In this document: piece by piece, positions 45,708 to 55,745 of the stretch | How the letters are laid out: every line of letters starts with the position of its first letter | Numbering within the stretch: position 1 is the first letter of the stretch | IMG/VR virus record: IMGVR_UViG_3300008267_000022 | Location: 19,704-83,703 of that record | From: a virus | Length of the DNA stretch: 64,000 bases | Reading direction: 5' to 3' (one strand) | Translations under genes and position numbers: made by a program | Notes under the pieces: generated by a model | Seen by the model: only the letters and a program-made list of their open reading frames with translations | What the model was told of the DNA's origin: nothing | The model's database searches: none

Positions 45708-48700
45708 TTATGAGCATGTTTTAGTAGTGAATGACACATACATTGTATGAATAGCATTACAGTCCTCACAATTTTCGTATACAGTATTATTTGTAAAATA
45801 ATTACCCTCGTGATAAATAGTAGCATTGATTGTAGGGTTGTAATTTATTTCTTCAACAAATTGCCAACATCTATCATCTGCATCTTTTTGGATTTCTCCT
45901 GGGGTGGTTGTAGCTCCTGCTTCTGTTTGGATAAGAATATCTGACCCGCCACATTCTTGGAAGATATAATATGCTGGGTATTCATAACATAAGCCTGTAA
46001 GAGGGTTAATTAAACCTTGAAGTATGTTTTGGTTTGATGCTAAGTTGTTATAAAAACATGATGTTGGAACTGCTGTATTTATAGAGCTATTCCAAGCACC
46101 TACACCTGGGGTTGTAGTAACTGATGTTGCATCGTTATAAAGGGTTTCAGATAAGTTTTTAGTTATCCAAACTTGGTTTCCTATAACAATACCATCATAT
46201 ATAGTTCCATCATTTCCTACATATGCTCCAAAAATAGTATTTCCGTTAGTTTCACCTGCAACCGCTGGTCGAACTAAGCGGATTGAGCATCCGTAATTTT
46301 TAGTGTAAATATTTCTATAAACTTCATCAGTCCAATGTTTTAATTCACGAGTAGCTAATTTAGTGATGTTTGAAGCTGGAGGAATAGGTAATGAGTTAGC
46401 ACTCCACCAAACACCGTCTAATCCTAGACCGCTAAATGTTCCTGAATTGTCTCGTTTTCCACCAGCAACTCCAGACCAACCACTGTTATTTGCATCTGTT
46501 TGGGCGCCAACATTTGGAAGTTCCCAACAAGTAGCATTTGTATCTCTAGTATAATCTTTCATCTTACCACCAACAGCTACATCTAAACTTCCAGTAATAA
46601 GCACGTTAGCAGGTGCTGTTCCTCCATTTAAATATGTTACAAGCGCGTTCCACTCAGTTTCTGATGGTACCACCCAAGTATTGTTAGCAGTTAAGTTATC
46701 ATTAACTATACCACCAGGGCCACGGCCTTGAAGTGTATATCCTCCTCTATCTAAAACGTATCCATTATATAATGTACCATTAGTACATTCAATACAATCA
46801 CCACAAGGAATCGCACTTCCTGAAGCCATACAATCGTCACATGGAGAAGGTCCTAAAGGGTCAGTTCCTGGGGGGCATGATGCTGTGATAGGCACTGTTG
46901 AGAAGTTGTAAATTATGTCAGTTGATGATTGCCAGAAAATATTTAAATCATCTAAGCTATTAGCATGTGAAATTTCTGTAGCTGTATTATCAAAGATAAA
47001 TCCTGCAAACCCTGCATAACTTCCAAATTCATCTTTAGCTTCTAATGTCATAACATTACAACCAGCAGGAAGAGTAATTGGGAATACATGCCAACAATGG
47101 TATGTGTATTGGGTACCAACAGGAGATAAATTAGAATTTATATTTGGATTTATACCTGCAGTACGAGAATTTATATGTTGAACATTAAAGTTACTTAATA
47201 CAGTTTGGTTACTTATAGATACAAGATCACTACCATTTAATCTAAGTCTAAATACATCATCTCCTATTAATGCAGCATACATTGTTTTTGAAGATGTAAC
47301 ATCTAGGAATGACCCTCCTCCCATCCATGTTTGTGATAAATTAATATCAGCCATGTTATTATTAGCCAAGTTGTTTGAAGGATTCATACCATTATTAGTC
47401 CACCCTGTTGTACGCCAGAAACTAGCACTTAATATATCAAAAGTGAACTGAGTGTTGAATACATTAGGGTCACCAAATAATGGTGATTGGTTCCCAGGAA
47501 GGAGTGATGAAGGAGATATCCCAGAAGTGTTATATTGATGATAAAGCACTGCTCTACCCCATCCCCATGCTGAGCATTGTGTAGGGGTTGTAGCAAATGT
47601 TTGTCCTGTAACAATTTTTGGTACAGCTATTGATCCTGTTTCTACACAAACTGATCCACTTAAGTAATACCCCTCAGGACATATACAAGAATATTCAATA
47701 TCATCAAAGCAATATGCTGATCCTGTTATGGTACAATCATCTGGTTGTGGTGGGCATTCTAATAATGTTACACAAATGTTGTCTATTGAAATCCTAGAAA
47801 AAGATCCTGTTGGTACTCCAAAGTAAAATGATAAGTTAGGAGATCCTGCAGTTATTGTAAAGTTAAATGCTGTTGGAGTTGTAGTTAAGTTTTGAGCAGA
47901 ATCAACAGCTTGTATAGGAAGTTGTTGTCCATAACCAAGTGTTATGATTGAATTTACACTTGGGTCTGATTGCCATGCTTGGAAACAAACACTGTATGAG
48001 CATGATGGGGTAAGAAGTTCATATTTTGTTAATGATACAGCAGAAGTGTTATTAGCGTCTAATTGAGCATTTACAGAAGCTAAAGCTACTCCAGATCCAA
48101 ATCCCCATCCCCCTACGTTAGGAGTAAATCCTCCAGGTGTGTATCCCCAACCTGCTACTCCATTACTGAATCCAGGGTTAGATACTATGTTAAGGTCTGG
48201 GTCACATTCGCAATAAGTTGGGATTGGTGGGCAATCTCCATAATATTCACAACATCCACCATCACCTACACTTGCACTTTGGCATGCTGCTAAAGTAGCA
48301 AATGATCCAGTAGAACCAAAAGGTGCAGCAACACATCCATTTGGTGTACAATTCCATCCACTACCAGTACACGGTTGGCAATTTTCTTGACATTGTGCTA
48401 ACGTTGAATAAACACCAATAGAACCTGAAGGGGCAGATACACATCCTTCGCATCCACAGTTCCAACCCCAATCTACATCACCTGGGGTAGGTGAGAATGT
48501 AGGGCATGGTTTTTCTGGTAATTGGGTAACGTTTTCTAATAAGAAAAAGCCTTTATTTCCAAAGTAGTTATACCACGTATTTGTTGGAGGAGTATAAGCA
48601 CAAGATGCTGAAAACATTGATAATACATGGAAGAATGTATTATTACTTAATTCATTTGGGGTTCCAATTGAAGCTGATGGGGTACAAATCCATTTATGTT

Positions 48701-49343
48701 GGTTTGCAATACTAAATGATTGACCGTTATAATTAGTTCCAGAATATGTAACATTAGGTTTCCAGAAAATTTTATACAGAGTGCTAGTACCAAAATTAGC
48801 TGCTGTAGAAAAGTCTGGTATGTATGCGGTATATACTTTTTGTCCGTTTCTAAAAGTACCATCCCAATCTCCATTTAAGTTTCCTTGAAAATTAAATACA
48901 TTAGATTTATCAAAAGTAAATTTAAGACAATTTTTACATTTACCCATTGTAGGCCATTTCGGCTTAGGTTTAATATAATCTATACCAATTGCAAGAGTAG
49001 CACCCCCTTTAGTAGTATATGTCTTAGTTTTGTCTGTGTTTACTGCAACTACTGATACGTCTCCTATTTCGGTGTCATCAATAATTTCAATAGTTAAAGT
49101 AACATATGATGCTATACTTAAATTTATTTCAGGGATTGATTCTAAAAAGTCTATTAAAACTGCCGTAGTTGCAGAATCTAAAGAATTAATTAAATTTGAA
49201 TTAAGACTTTCTAGGATATCTCTAGTTGCAGGATCTAATGTACTACCAGGAGTAAGTATATCTTTTAAACCAGGGTCTGGTGTTCCTTTAAAATACATTA
49301 CATTTTTTAGAACATCATACTGTATAAATGAATAAGTTGTCAT
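45708..49343 (-). CDS. multidomain putative virion/adhesin protein with Cys-rich repeats and FISUMP domain
   Basis: WVVPSETEW, SGWSGVAGGKR, WWS and IGNQVW..KNL motifs; two GWNC...C...C repeats. Confidence 0.7.
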   Translation of the reverse strand: MTTYSFIQYDVLKNVMYFKGTPDPGLKDILTPGSTLDPATRDILESLNSNLINSLDSATTAVLIDFLESIPEINLSIASYVTLTIEIIDDTEIGDVSVVAVNTDKTKTYTTKGGATLAIGIDYIKPKPKWPTMGKCKNCLKFTFDKSNVFNFQGNLNGDWDGTFRNGQKVYTAYIPDFSTAANFGTSTLYKIFWKPNVTYSGTNYNGQSFSIANQHKWICTPSASIGTPNELSNNTFFHVLSMFSASCAYTPPTNTWYNYFGNKGFFLLENVTQLPEKPCPTFSPTPGDVDWGWNCGCEGCVSAPSGSIGVYSTLAQCQENCQPCTGSGWNCTPNGCVAAPFGSTGSFATLAACQSASVGDGGCCEYYGDCPPIPTYCECDPDLNIVSNPGFSNGVAGWGYTPGGFTPNVGGWGFGSGVALASVNAQLDANNTSAVSLTKYELLTPSCSYSVCFQAWQSDPSVNSIITLGYGQQLPIQAVDSAQNLTTTPTAFNFTITAGSPNLSFYFGVPTGSFSRISIDNICVTLLECPPQPDDCTITGSAYCFDDIEYSCICPEGYYLSGSVCVETGSIAVPKIVTGQTFATTPTQCSAWGWGRAVLYHQYNTSGISPSSLLPGNQSPLFGDPNVFNTQFTFDILSASFWRTTGWTNNGMNPSNNLANNNMADINLSQTWMGGGSFLDVTSSKTMYAALIGDDVFRLRLNGSDLVSISNQTVLSNFNVQHINSRTAGINPNINSNLSPVGTQYTYHCWHVFPITLPAGCNVMTLEAKDEFGSYAGFAGFIFDNTATEISHANSLDDLNIFWQSSTDIIYNFSTVPITASCPPGTDPLGPSPCDDCMASGSAIPCGDCIECTNGTLYNGYVLDRGGYTLQGRGPGGIVNDNLTANNTWVVPSETEWNALVTYLNGGTAPANVLITGSLDVAVGGKMKDYTRDTNATCWELPNVGAQTDANNSGWSGVAGGKRDNSGTFSGLGLDGVWWSANSLPIPPASNITKLATRELKHWTDEVYRNIYTKNYGCSIRLVRPAVAGETNGNTIFGAYVGNDGTIYDGIVIGNQVWITKNLSETLYNDATSVTTTPGVGAWNSSINTAVPTSCFYNNLASNQNILQGLINPLTGLCYEYPAYYIFQECGGSDILIQTEAGATTTPGEIQKDADDRCWQFVEEINYNPTINATIYHEGNYFTNNTVYENCEDCNAIHTMYVSFTTKTCS

Positions 49344-49374
49344 GTTTTTACTTTTGTTTTATAAAATTTTTATA

Positions 49375-50442
49375 TTATGAATTAGCTTCAGTATTATCAT
49401 CATTGATACATGAAAGTATTTTTCCGTCACCTTGAATATTTGAAATAGATTGAGTAAAGTCTCCTGAGGTTAGTCGGCATCCGAATAATAATCCGTTTAT
49501 TGGGTTAACACCAGAAGCAAAGCTATTAGCTCCACCAGTACAATTTTTCAAAGTAGCGTCTACTTTAATAAACCCAATAGGTGCAAAACTATCAGTTCCA
49601 CCTACACAATTTTCCATTGTTCCTCCTTCAATATCTCCATTAAATGCAAAGCTTTCATCTCCAGCAACACAATTAGTAAAGGTTCCATTGCAATAATTTC
49701 CAAAAGAGTTACTGCCTCCAATACAATTTATAAATGTTCCATAAGCATTACCATTACCTCCAAAACTATAATTACCACCTTCACAATCTATAAAAGTTCC
49801 AGCAACATTAATTCCCGGAGACGATGGAGCTCCTGGTAGTGGGTCATATGCTCCTCCAAAGCTTTCATCGCCACCTTTACAATTTTTTACTTTTAATAAG
49901 TTTAAATTAGTAGCAATTTCAAAATTGTTATTTCCTGCATCAATTCCTCTTACATATACATCATTTGCTGTTACACTAATTGAACCAGTCCCTATAAGAT
50001 ATACATCTTTTTCTCCAGTAAGAGAAACAACATCAATGTATTGAGTATCTAAAATAAAATCAGAAGTAAATTGATATTTTCCAGGAGCTACTAATACTGA
50101 AAATCTATTAGTAGGTGTCAGGGTAAGGTCTTTAGCGGCTACATAAGATGCTGATAGTAGTAGAGCATTTTGGGTTGGAGTTCCATTAGCTTCTACAAAG
50201 ATATAATTTGATCCTGATAATGGTTTTATCTCTATTTCACTGATTGATTGTGAAAGGATTAATACTTCAGCTGTAAGTTCAACCACAGATTGCGAAATAG
50301 CAGATACTGACTGTGAAACAGCAGATGAATCTCCAATTGAAGATGATAAGAATAATAAACTATTATCTAATTCTTCAAGGGTTAGAGCTGATCCTTTTGC
50401 ATCTGGGCCTAATACTCGGGTGTAAAAGTTGTATTGCGACAT
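49375..50442 (-). CDS. putative tail/baseplate protein with beta-solenoid repeats
   Basis: KGSALTLEELD N-terminal motif; ~6 x F.NC.GG..SF repeats. Confidence 0.65.
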   Translation of the reverse strand: MSQYNFYTRVLGPDAKGSALTLEELDNSLLFLSSSIGDSSAVSQSVSAISQSVVELTAEVLILSQSISEIEIKPLSGSNYIFVEANGTPTQNALLLSASYVAAKDLTLTPTNRFSVLVAPGKYQFTSDFILDTQYIDVVSLTGEKDVYLIGTGSISVTANDVYVRGIDAGNNNFEIATNLNLLKVKNCKGGDESFGGAYDPLPGAPSSPGINVAGTFIDCEGGNYSFGGNGNAYGTFINCIGGSNSFGNYCNGTFTNCVAGDESFAFNGDIEGGTMENCVGGTDSFAPIGFIKVDATLKNCTGGANSFASGVNPINGLLFGCRLTSGDFTQSISNIQGDGKILSCINDDNTEANS

Positions 50443-50452
50443 ATGTTTTTAT

Positions 50453-50461
50453 TATACATAT
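50453..50461 (-). promoter_or_regulatory. putative late promoter ATATGTATA
   Basis: Heads the 9-kb virion-type block. Confidence 0.5.
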
Positions 50462-50502
50462 GTCTGTTTTAATGATAGTGTAAAGGGTAGGATAGAACTT
50501 TG

Positions 50503-51285
50503 CTAAACTCCTCTTTTTGTGTCAAAAGCAATAATATGGTCTCTTCCTGTCATATTATATCCTTTTTCAGCGCACATGTCAAATACAAGAGGATACATTT
50601 TAATTAACTCTTCTCTTGTATCTCCAGCAGGCATAATGAATGTTTTATGTTTTGGAATATCCAATGCTACTCTAAATGCTTCAATTTCAGCTAAATTTTC
50701 TTCAGTACCATCCCAAACTGGTTTGTAATGGTAGTCTAAATGATAATCCAAGGTTTGTTTGATGGTATCTATTTTTAAACGAAATTTATTGTGTTGATCA
50801 ATCATTTTTTGGTCCACAATCGCTCCTTGAGGCGTAACAGCTCCAAGTACGGGAATAGAATTACCAAATTTAGGACTGAGCGATATAAGAGCCAAAGGAT
50901 AGTCTGTAGTAATAAAATGAGAACCTTCGGTTTCAATAGTAATAAAAATATCTCTTTCATTTGCAAAGTGTGTTAACTCATTTACAAGTTTAGGATGCAT
51001 TGTAGGTGAGCCACCCGTTAACATCATTTCTTTGATGTGTGGATTTTCATCGTAAATTTTAATAATATCATTAAAGGTAAAGGTACCTTTTTCAGGATGG
51101 ATACTCGTATACCAGCTATCACACCAGCCACCTTCACCAAAATAACATCTATGAGTACATCCTGTTGTGCGTACTGCAATTGTTGGGCGCCCAAAGCGAG
51201 ATCCTTCGCTTTGAACGCAACGATATAGTTCTACAATTGGTAAAACTTTATTATAATCTTCTATTCTTCCTAGATTAGATTCCAT
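50503..51285 (-). CDS. queE: 7-carboxy-7-deazaguanine synthase (radical SAM)
   Basis: QSEG...G.P...VR..GC...C...WCD, TGG, IETEG, SPK. Confidence 0.9.
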   Translation of the reverse strand: MESNLGRIEDYNKVLPIVELYRCVQSEGSRFGRPTIAVRTTGCTHRCYFGEGGWCDSWYTSIHPEKGTFTFNDIIKIYDENPHIKEMMLTGGSPTMHPKLVNELTHFANERDIFITIETEGSHFITTDYPLALISLSPKFGNSIPVLGAVTPQGAIVDQKMIDQHNKFRLKIDTIKQTLDYHLDYHYKPVWDGTEENLAEIEAFRVALDIPKHKTFIMPAGDTREELIKMYPLVFDMCAEKGYNMTGRDHIIAFDTKRGV

Positions 51286-51518
51286 TTTTCTTTTACTTGT
51301 TCTTCAGTTAAAACTCCGATTGATTTGTCTGCCTCTTGACCATCTTTTAAAAATATAAGCGTAGGTACACTTCGAATATTATATTGTGTAGACAATTGAG
51401 GATTTTCATCTACATTAATAAATGCAACAGGGATGCGTTGCCCTACACGTTCCATAATAGGTTTAAAATTTTTACATGGCACACACCATGGAGCAGAAAA
51501 GTATAAAATTTCTTTCAT
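51270..51518 (-). CDS. thioredoxin
   Basis: APWCVPC, IRSVPT. Confidence 0.9.
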   Translation of the reverse strand: MKEILYFSAPWCVPCKNFKPIMERVGQRIPVAFINVDENPQLSTQYNIRSVPTLIFLKDGQEADKSIGVLTEEQVKEKWNLI

Positions 51519-51575
51519 TTTGTTAAAATATATGTAAATTTAATATCACCAAAAGTGGTGGTTGTCGTATAATAA

Positions 51576-52052
51576 TTATTCTTCATAAATGCTAGAGTTT
51601 TTATCGTTTTCAAAACATTCTACTTTGATTACTTTACAACGCCCAGCATCTGTTTTAGATAACACTTCATTGAAATGATCAAATACAAGTTTTGCATTAC
51701 TTTCAGCACCCATTTTCTCTAGGAAATGCACTTTACACAATCCTTCCATTTGCATTTGTTCAAACAAATCACGGTATGGATCATCTGCTTGAATTAAAGT
51801 TGTATGGTCCCACATATGATCCATCCATGCTTTTAAACCATTACCTTGAGGTGCAGGTTTAAAACCTCCATAATCAACAATCCAATTCATATCATCAAGT
51901 TGATTTTCCTCTAATGGTTCATTTGAAGCAAACCATACTTTAAATTTTAAAGCATAACCATGTAATAATTGGCAGTGTGAATGAGCAGCTTTATATTGGC
52001 GAATTGCTACTGAGTAGTTATCAAATAATTTAGTTGAGATGTATCTAGCCAT
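51576..52052 (-). CDS. queD: 6-carboxy-5,6,7,8-tetrahydropterin synthase
   Basis: C..LHGY, DH, AE, FE motifs. Confidence 0.88.
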   Translation of the reverse strand: MARYISTKLFDNYSVAIRQYKAAHSHCQLLHGYALKFKVWFASNEPLEENQLDDMNWIVDYGGFKPAPQGNGLKAWMDHMWDHTTLIQADDPYRDLFEQMQMEGLCKVHFLEKMGAESNAKLVFDHFNEVLSKTDAGRCKVIKVECFENDKNSSIYEE

Positions 52053-52227
52053 TTTTCTTAGATGTTTTAGGTTTTTTAATTTCGGTATCTATTTTAGTTG
52101 GAATTTCAATAGTAATATATTCGGGAAAGAACATATTTAATCCTACTCCAGTACAAATTTTAATTGTTTTTTTCTTTGCCATTAGTTTTTGATGTAATTC
52201 CCAATTAATAATACTTTTATCCTGCAT
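52045..52227 (-). CDS. hypothetical protein
   Basis: 60-aa ORF between queC and queD. Confidence 0.5.
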   Translation of the reverse strand: MQDKSIINWELHQKLMAKKKTIKICTGVGLNMFFPEYITIEIPTKIDTEIKKPKTSKKNG

Positions 52228-53086
52228 GAGTTTCTAATACTTTTGTTACTTCTTTTACTACATGTTCCCACGTTACAGGACCTTCTTCATCAGCATACAT
52301 TACTGGGTCAGGGCGTCCTAGTTTAATAAATGCTTCTACTCGTTCAACAGATGATGCTGATTTATAATCAGAAAACCATTCTTTTACTTCAATGATATTA
52401 GCTCCATCTTCATAAGCAAATTCATGGTATATTGGTTTATATGAAGTGTTTGTGCGTTTATATACTTCATTAAAATCTAAACCTAATTCTTCACATAATT
52501 TTTCTCCATCTTGTAAAATAGTAAATTTATCACCTTCAAGATATGGTGTAAAATAACCTACTTTTTCAGAACCCCAATTACCTACTCTAAAGGCATGATC
52601 GTCTGCATCTCTAAATTCTTGACGACAATCAGGATAAATTGCATGATCACCTGCATGGATACCCATTGCAATATCACATTGCTCTCCTGTTTTTTCAGCG
52701 ATTGAAAGTGCAACTGCTTGTGTAATTGAAGCAAATATTTTGTTACGGTTTGGAACAACTGTTGCTTTCATGTTTTCTTCAGCATAGTGCCCTTCAGGTA
52801 CATCATCTCCACCTGTTACAAGTGCAGAGTTAAGTAAATCTGTTAAACCATCTAATTTAATTACTCTGTAGTTTATTTTAGAATAAGCATCTTTAGTTTT
52901 ACCTTCAACTAATCTAAAGAAATTTAGAATTTTAACCAATGATTGAGCGCGTTCAAGCTCAACTCGATGTTTTTGACCGTAGTCAAATGAAATTGCTGTT
53001 ACCGTGTCATATTCTTTAAGACAACGTAACAACAAAGTACTAGAATCCATTCCTCCAGATAAAGATATTACCACATGCCTTTCCAT
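52217..53086 (-). CDS. queC: 7-cyano-7-deazaguanine synthase
   Basis: SGGMDS, FDYGQKH, VPNRN, YPDCR; C-terminal zinc cysteines absent. Confidence 0.92.
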   Translation of the reverse strand: MERHVVISLSGGMDSSTLLLRCLKEYDTVTAISFDYGQKHRVELERAQSLVKILNFFRLVEGKTKDAYSKINYRVIKLDGLTDLLNSALVTGGDDVPEGHYAEENMKATVVPNRNKIFASITQAVALSIAEKTGEQCDIAMGIHAGDHAIYPDCRQEFRDADDHAFRVGNWGSEKVGYFTPYLEGDKFTILQDGEKLCEELGLDFNEVYKRTNTSYKPIYHEFAYEDGANIIEVKEWFSDYKSASSVERVEAFIKLGRPDPVMYADEEGPVTWEHVVKEVTKVLETHAG

Positions 53087-53244
53087 AATTCGTCGTTGTT
53101 TAGTTTTTTATATTCTTCTTTAGTTAATCCTTTCATTAACATATACATTTCAAAATCAATATCCAAGAGTCTCCAATGGTCATACCATTCTTCTTTCCAA
53201 GTTTCACGAAACTTTTCAAATTCCTGTTTTGTTATTTTATCCAT
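53068..53244 (-). CDS. small hypothetical protein (58 aa)
   Basis: Hand-translated MDKITKQEFEKFRETW... Confidence 0.55.
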   Translation of the reverse strand: MDKITKQEFEKFRETWKEEWYDHWRLLDIDFEMYMLMKGLTKEEYKKLNNDELWKGMW

Positions 53245-53246
53245 AA

Positions 53247-53507
53247 TTAAAAAGGTAAATCATCATAATCTTGAACATCTCCAACAGATGGAAAATAATC
53301 ATCTTCCACATGGATAGAATCTGGTTCTCTAAAGTAGAATTCAAGGAAGTCTTTTGGGTATAAAAGAACTGTACCTGTAAAATTTGGGTTTGAGATTTCT
53401 CTACTTTGGGTTTGGACCCCATGTTTCCTAGCTTCAGCAGCTACTTCTAAACCTAATTGTTCACCTGCGGCCTTGCCTAGGTAATCGTATAAACTTAAGT
53501 ATTTCAT
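53247..53507 (-). CDS. hypothetical protein
   Basis: 86 aa, acidic tail ending DDLPF. Confidence 0.65.
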   Translation of the reverse strand: MKYLSLYDYLGKAAGEQLGLEVAAEARKHGVQTQSREISNPNFTGTVLLYPKDFLEFYFREPDSIHVEDDYFPSVGDVQDYDDLPF

Positions 53508-53552
53508 TTTTTGTTTTAGTTAAATATATTAAATATGATTAAGATTTCCAAA

Positions 53553-54347
53553 TTAAAGTCCATTTATCTGTCTAAACATTTCAACATTATATTCTATTAA
53601 ATCTTGATTAATATCATCAATACTCATGTCTTGATAATTATTCATATTAGCTAATGGTTTTTTAATTAACCCCATTTGACTATATGGTACCTCTCCAATT
53701 GCCGCCATTATTGGATTTGACGTGTCAATAGATTCAATACATTTAAAATTATGATACATCCCAAATTCAATAGGAGAAGCAGTGCCAAGTAAATGCACAC
53801 GATCAAAATCAGATAATATTTTATTTTTATATAAATTAGTAATTGTTACAAATCTACCTATAGCTTTACCTAAATCTTTATTTGGATGAGGACATAAATC
53901 ATTATAATATGAAGCACCATATGAATATGCTATTTTTTTATACCCAAGATCTTTATATGTTCTTGTACAAAGTAAAGCTTCATGTATGTCTTGTGCTTGA
54001 ACTACAGCTACTTTTAATACCTCTTCAGGTAATTCAATTTTTGACCATTGCCTTGCATTTACTACTGAAGCTGTGTATTGTTCCCATACATCTGGGATGA
54101 TAAATTCATTGGGTTTGAGTTCTTCAATCCAATGCATTAGGCGTTTAGTGTTATATGCTTCTCCAAGTTCATGTAATGAGTTATCCATTACGATGTAGCG
54201 CCCCATTTTTTTAGATTCATAGAAGAAATTACGGTATTCTTCATTTTGATCCATCAAATGAGGTAAACAATAGTCATAATCATTAAATTCTCTACTTTTT
54301 TCAAGTAAACAAAATGGTACTTCGTGTGATATTTTTATTTTTTTCAT
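53553..54347 (-). CDS. divergent TGT/DpdA-like TIM-barrel protein
   Basis: MDNS, PDV, AVVQ, HLLG, SIDTS motif series; upstream of queC/D/E. Confidence 0.6.
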   Translation of the reverse strand: MKKIKISHEVPFCLLEKSREFNDYDYCLPHLMDQNEEYRNFFYESKKMGRYIVMDNSLHELGEAYNTKRLMHWIEELKPNEFIIPDVWEQYTASVVNARQWSKIELPEEVLKVAVVQAQDIHEALLCTRTYKDLGYKKIAYSYGASYYNDLCPHPNKDLGKAIGRFVTITNLYKNKILSDFDRVHLLGTASPIEFGMYHNFKCIESIDTSNPIMAAIGEVPYSQMGLIKKPLANMNNYQDMSIDDINQDLIEYNVEMFRQINGL

Positions 54348-54348
54348 A

Positions 54349-54603
54349 TTAATTATAGGCGTAAGCGTGTTCGTATGTTTCTGTTACTAAAGCATCTAAA
54401 TCGGCAAATCTATTAGCATCATATCCATACCAACGCATTCCTAATTTAGTCATTCCGTAATTATTAATACCAGCAATAAGAAAAACTTTTTGATCAAAGT
54501 TATTAATAAATTCTTTTTCTACTTCATATTCTTTACCTTCAACAAGTTCTCCTCCTTCAGGTTGTTTTCTATCGTTTATACAAACTACTTTTTTCATTAC
54601 CAA
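54349..54603 (-). CDS. hypothetical protein
   Basis: 84-aa ORF. Confidence 0.65.
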   Translation of the reverse strand: MVMKKVVCINDRKQPEGGELVEGKEYEVEKEFINNFDQKVFLIAGINNYGMTKLGMRWYGYDANRFADLDALVTETYEHAYAYN

Positions 54604-55121
54604 TTAATTTTATAATTATACACTTTATGGGCATATCCATTTACACAAGGGCGACCTGTGTTGTAACATCCAAATACTGTTTTCCAATCTTTATATTTAT
54701 TGTATAATTTACGAAGTACTTTCATAGATGTTCTAACATTATACTCTATATCATTTCGTAAACGTTCACGAGAAACATTATCATTATTATTTCTACGAGC
54801 AGTTTCTAACATAATTTGCATAGGTCCTAATGCTCCAGCACTAGATCCTTGAGCATGGTTGTAACTCCAATGGAATGGTCCTTTATATCCTGTCTCAACA
54901 CTAGCAACCCCAAAAGCATAACGCAAAGGAACATCAAATGTATCAGCATATTGCTTGATATAGTTATACATTTGCATACATGAGGGTACATTTTGTTGAG
55001 ATGCTCTAGGGATTCTAACACTTTGGGTTACTTTAGGCTGTTCTATTTCAACAGTAGCAGTAAAAGTGGTGGCAGCCGATAAGACTGCCACTACACCAAT
55101 TTTTATGTTATTTAATATCAT
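54597..55121 (-). CDS. lytic transglycosylase (SLT domain) with signal/anchor
   Basis: VET, SSAGALGPMQI, YNTG. Confidence 0.85.
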   Translation of the reverse strand: MILNNIKIGVVAVLSAATTFTATVEIEQPKVTQSVRIPRASQQNVPSCMQMYNYIKQYADTFDVPLRYAFGVASVETGYKGPFHWSYNHAQGSSAGALGPMQIMLETARRNNNDNVSRERLRNDIEYNVRTSMKVLRKLYNKYKDWKTVFGCYNTGRPCVNGYAHKVYNYKINW

Positions 55122-55434
55122 TACCTTCTTGTTTAATACGATTTACATACATACTAAATATAGTTTTACCTATTTGATCAGAATAAACAATATATTTCCC
55201 AGTAGCTCGTTCAATCATTATTAATTCAGAACTTTCATTTACTGCAATTGATATTTCTTCTGGTGAGAAGGCATGCGCGTATGGGTTAGGTTCTGCTTTA
55301 CTCGCAGTAGGTTGGTTTTTACCCATGTAATGCCCTATACTATATCCTGCGGTTACTAATCCTGCTACCACTATGTAGTTTGCAGCTTTTTTACTAACTT
55401 CCATTAGTTTTTCTTTACTCATAACATTTTTCAT
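55108..55434 (-). CDS. membrane-anchored hypothetical protein
   Basis: 108 aa with one TM. Confidence 0.65.
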   Translation of the reverse strand: MKNVMSKEKLMEVSKKAANYIVVAGLVTAGYSIGHYMGKNQPTASKAEPNPYAHAFSPEEISIAVNESSELIMIERATGKYIVYSDQIGKTIFSMYVNRIKQEGNDIK

Positions 55435-55439
55435 ATAAC

Positions 55440-55706
55440 TTATTTTTTAGGGTTTTGCTTTTTTTTACCGTATTTAACTTCAGCATCTTTTCTCATTTCA
55501 TGATAAACATGTAATTCAGATTCAAATGAATCTTTGTTTAATGGAATGCTTTCAAGTGGTGAATCGTATTCAATTATACTCCCATCAGGATGAACTGATT
55601 TTGATACGTAGATTTTGCGTTTAGTTTTTTTAGGGGGTTTGCAGAGTATACCTGCTTTTCTTAAATAAATTAAAAATTTAGATTTAATTTTCTTTTTTAG
55701 TGTCAT
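55440..55706 (-). CDS. basic hypothetical protein
   Basis: 88-aa ORF. Confidence 0.6.
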   Translation of the reverse strand: MTLKKKIKSKFLIYLRKAGILCKPPKKTKRKIYVSKSVHPDGSIIEYDSPLESIPLNKDSFESELHVYHEMRKDAEVKYGKKKQNPKK

Positions 55707-55745
55707 AACTTTTATTTTTATACTTTAAATATATGATAAGATTTT

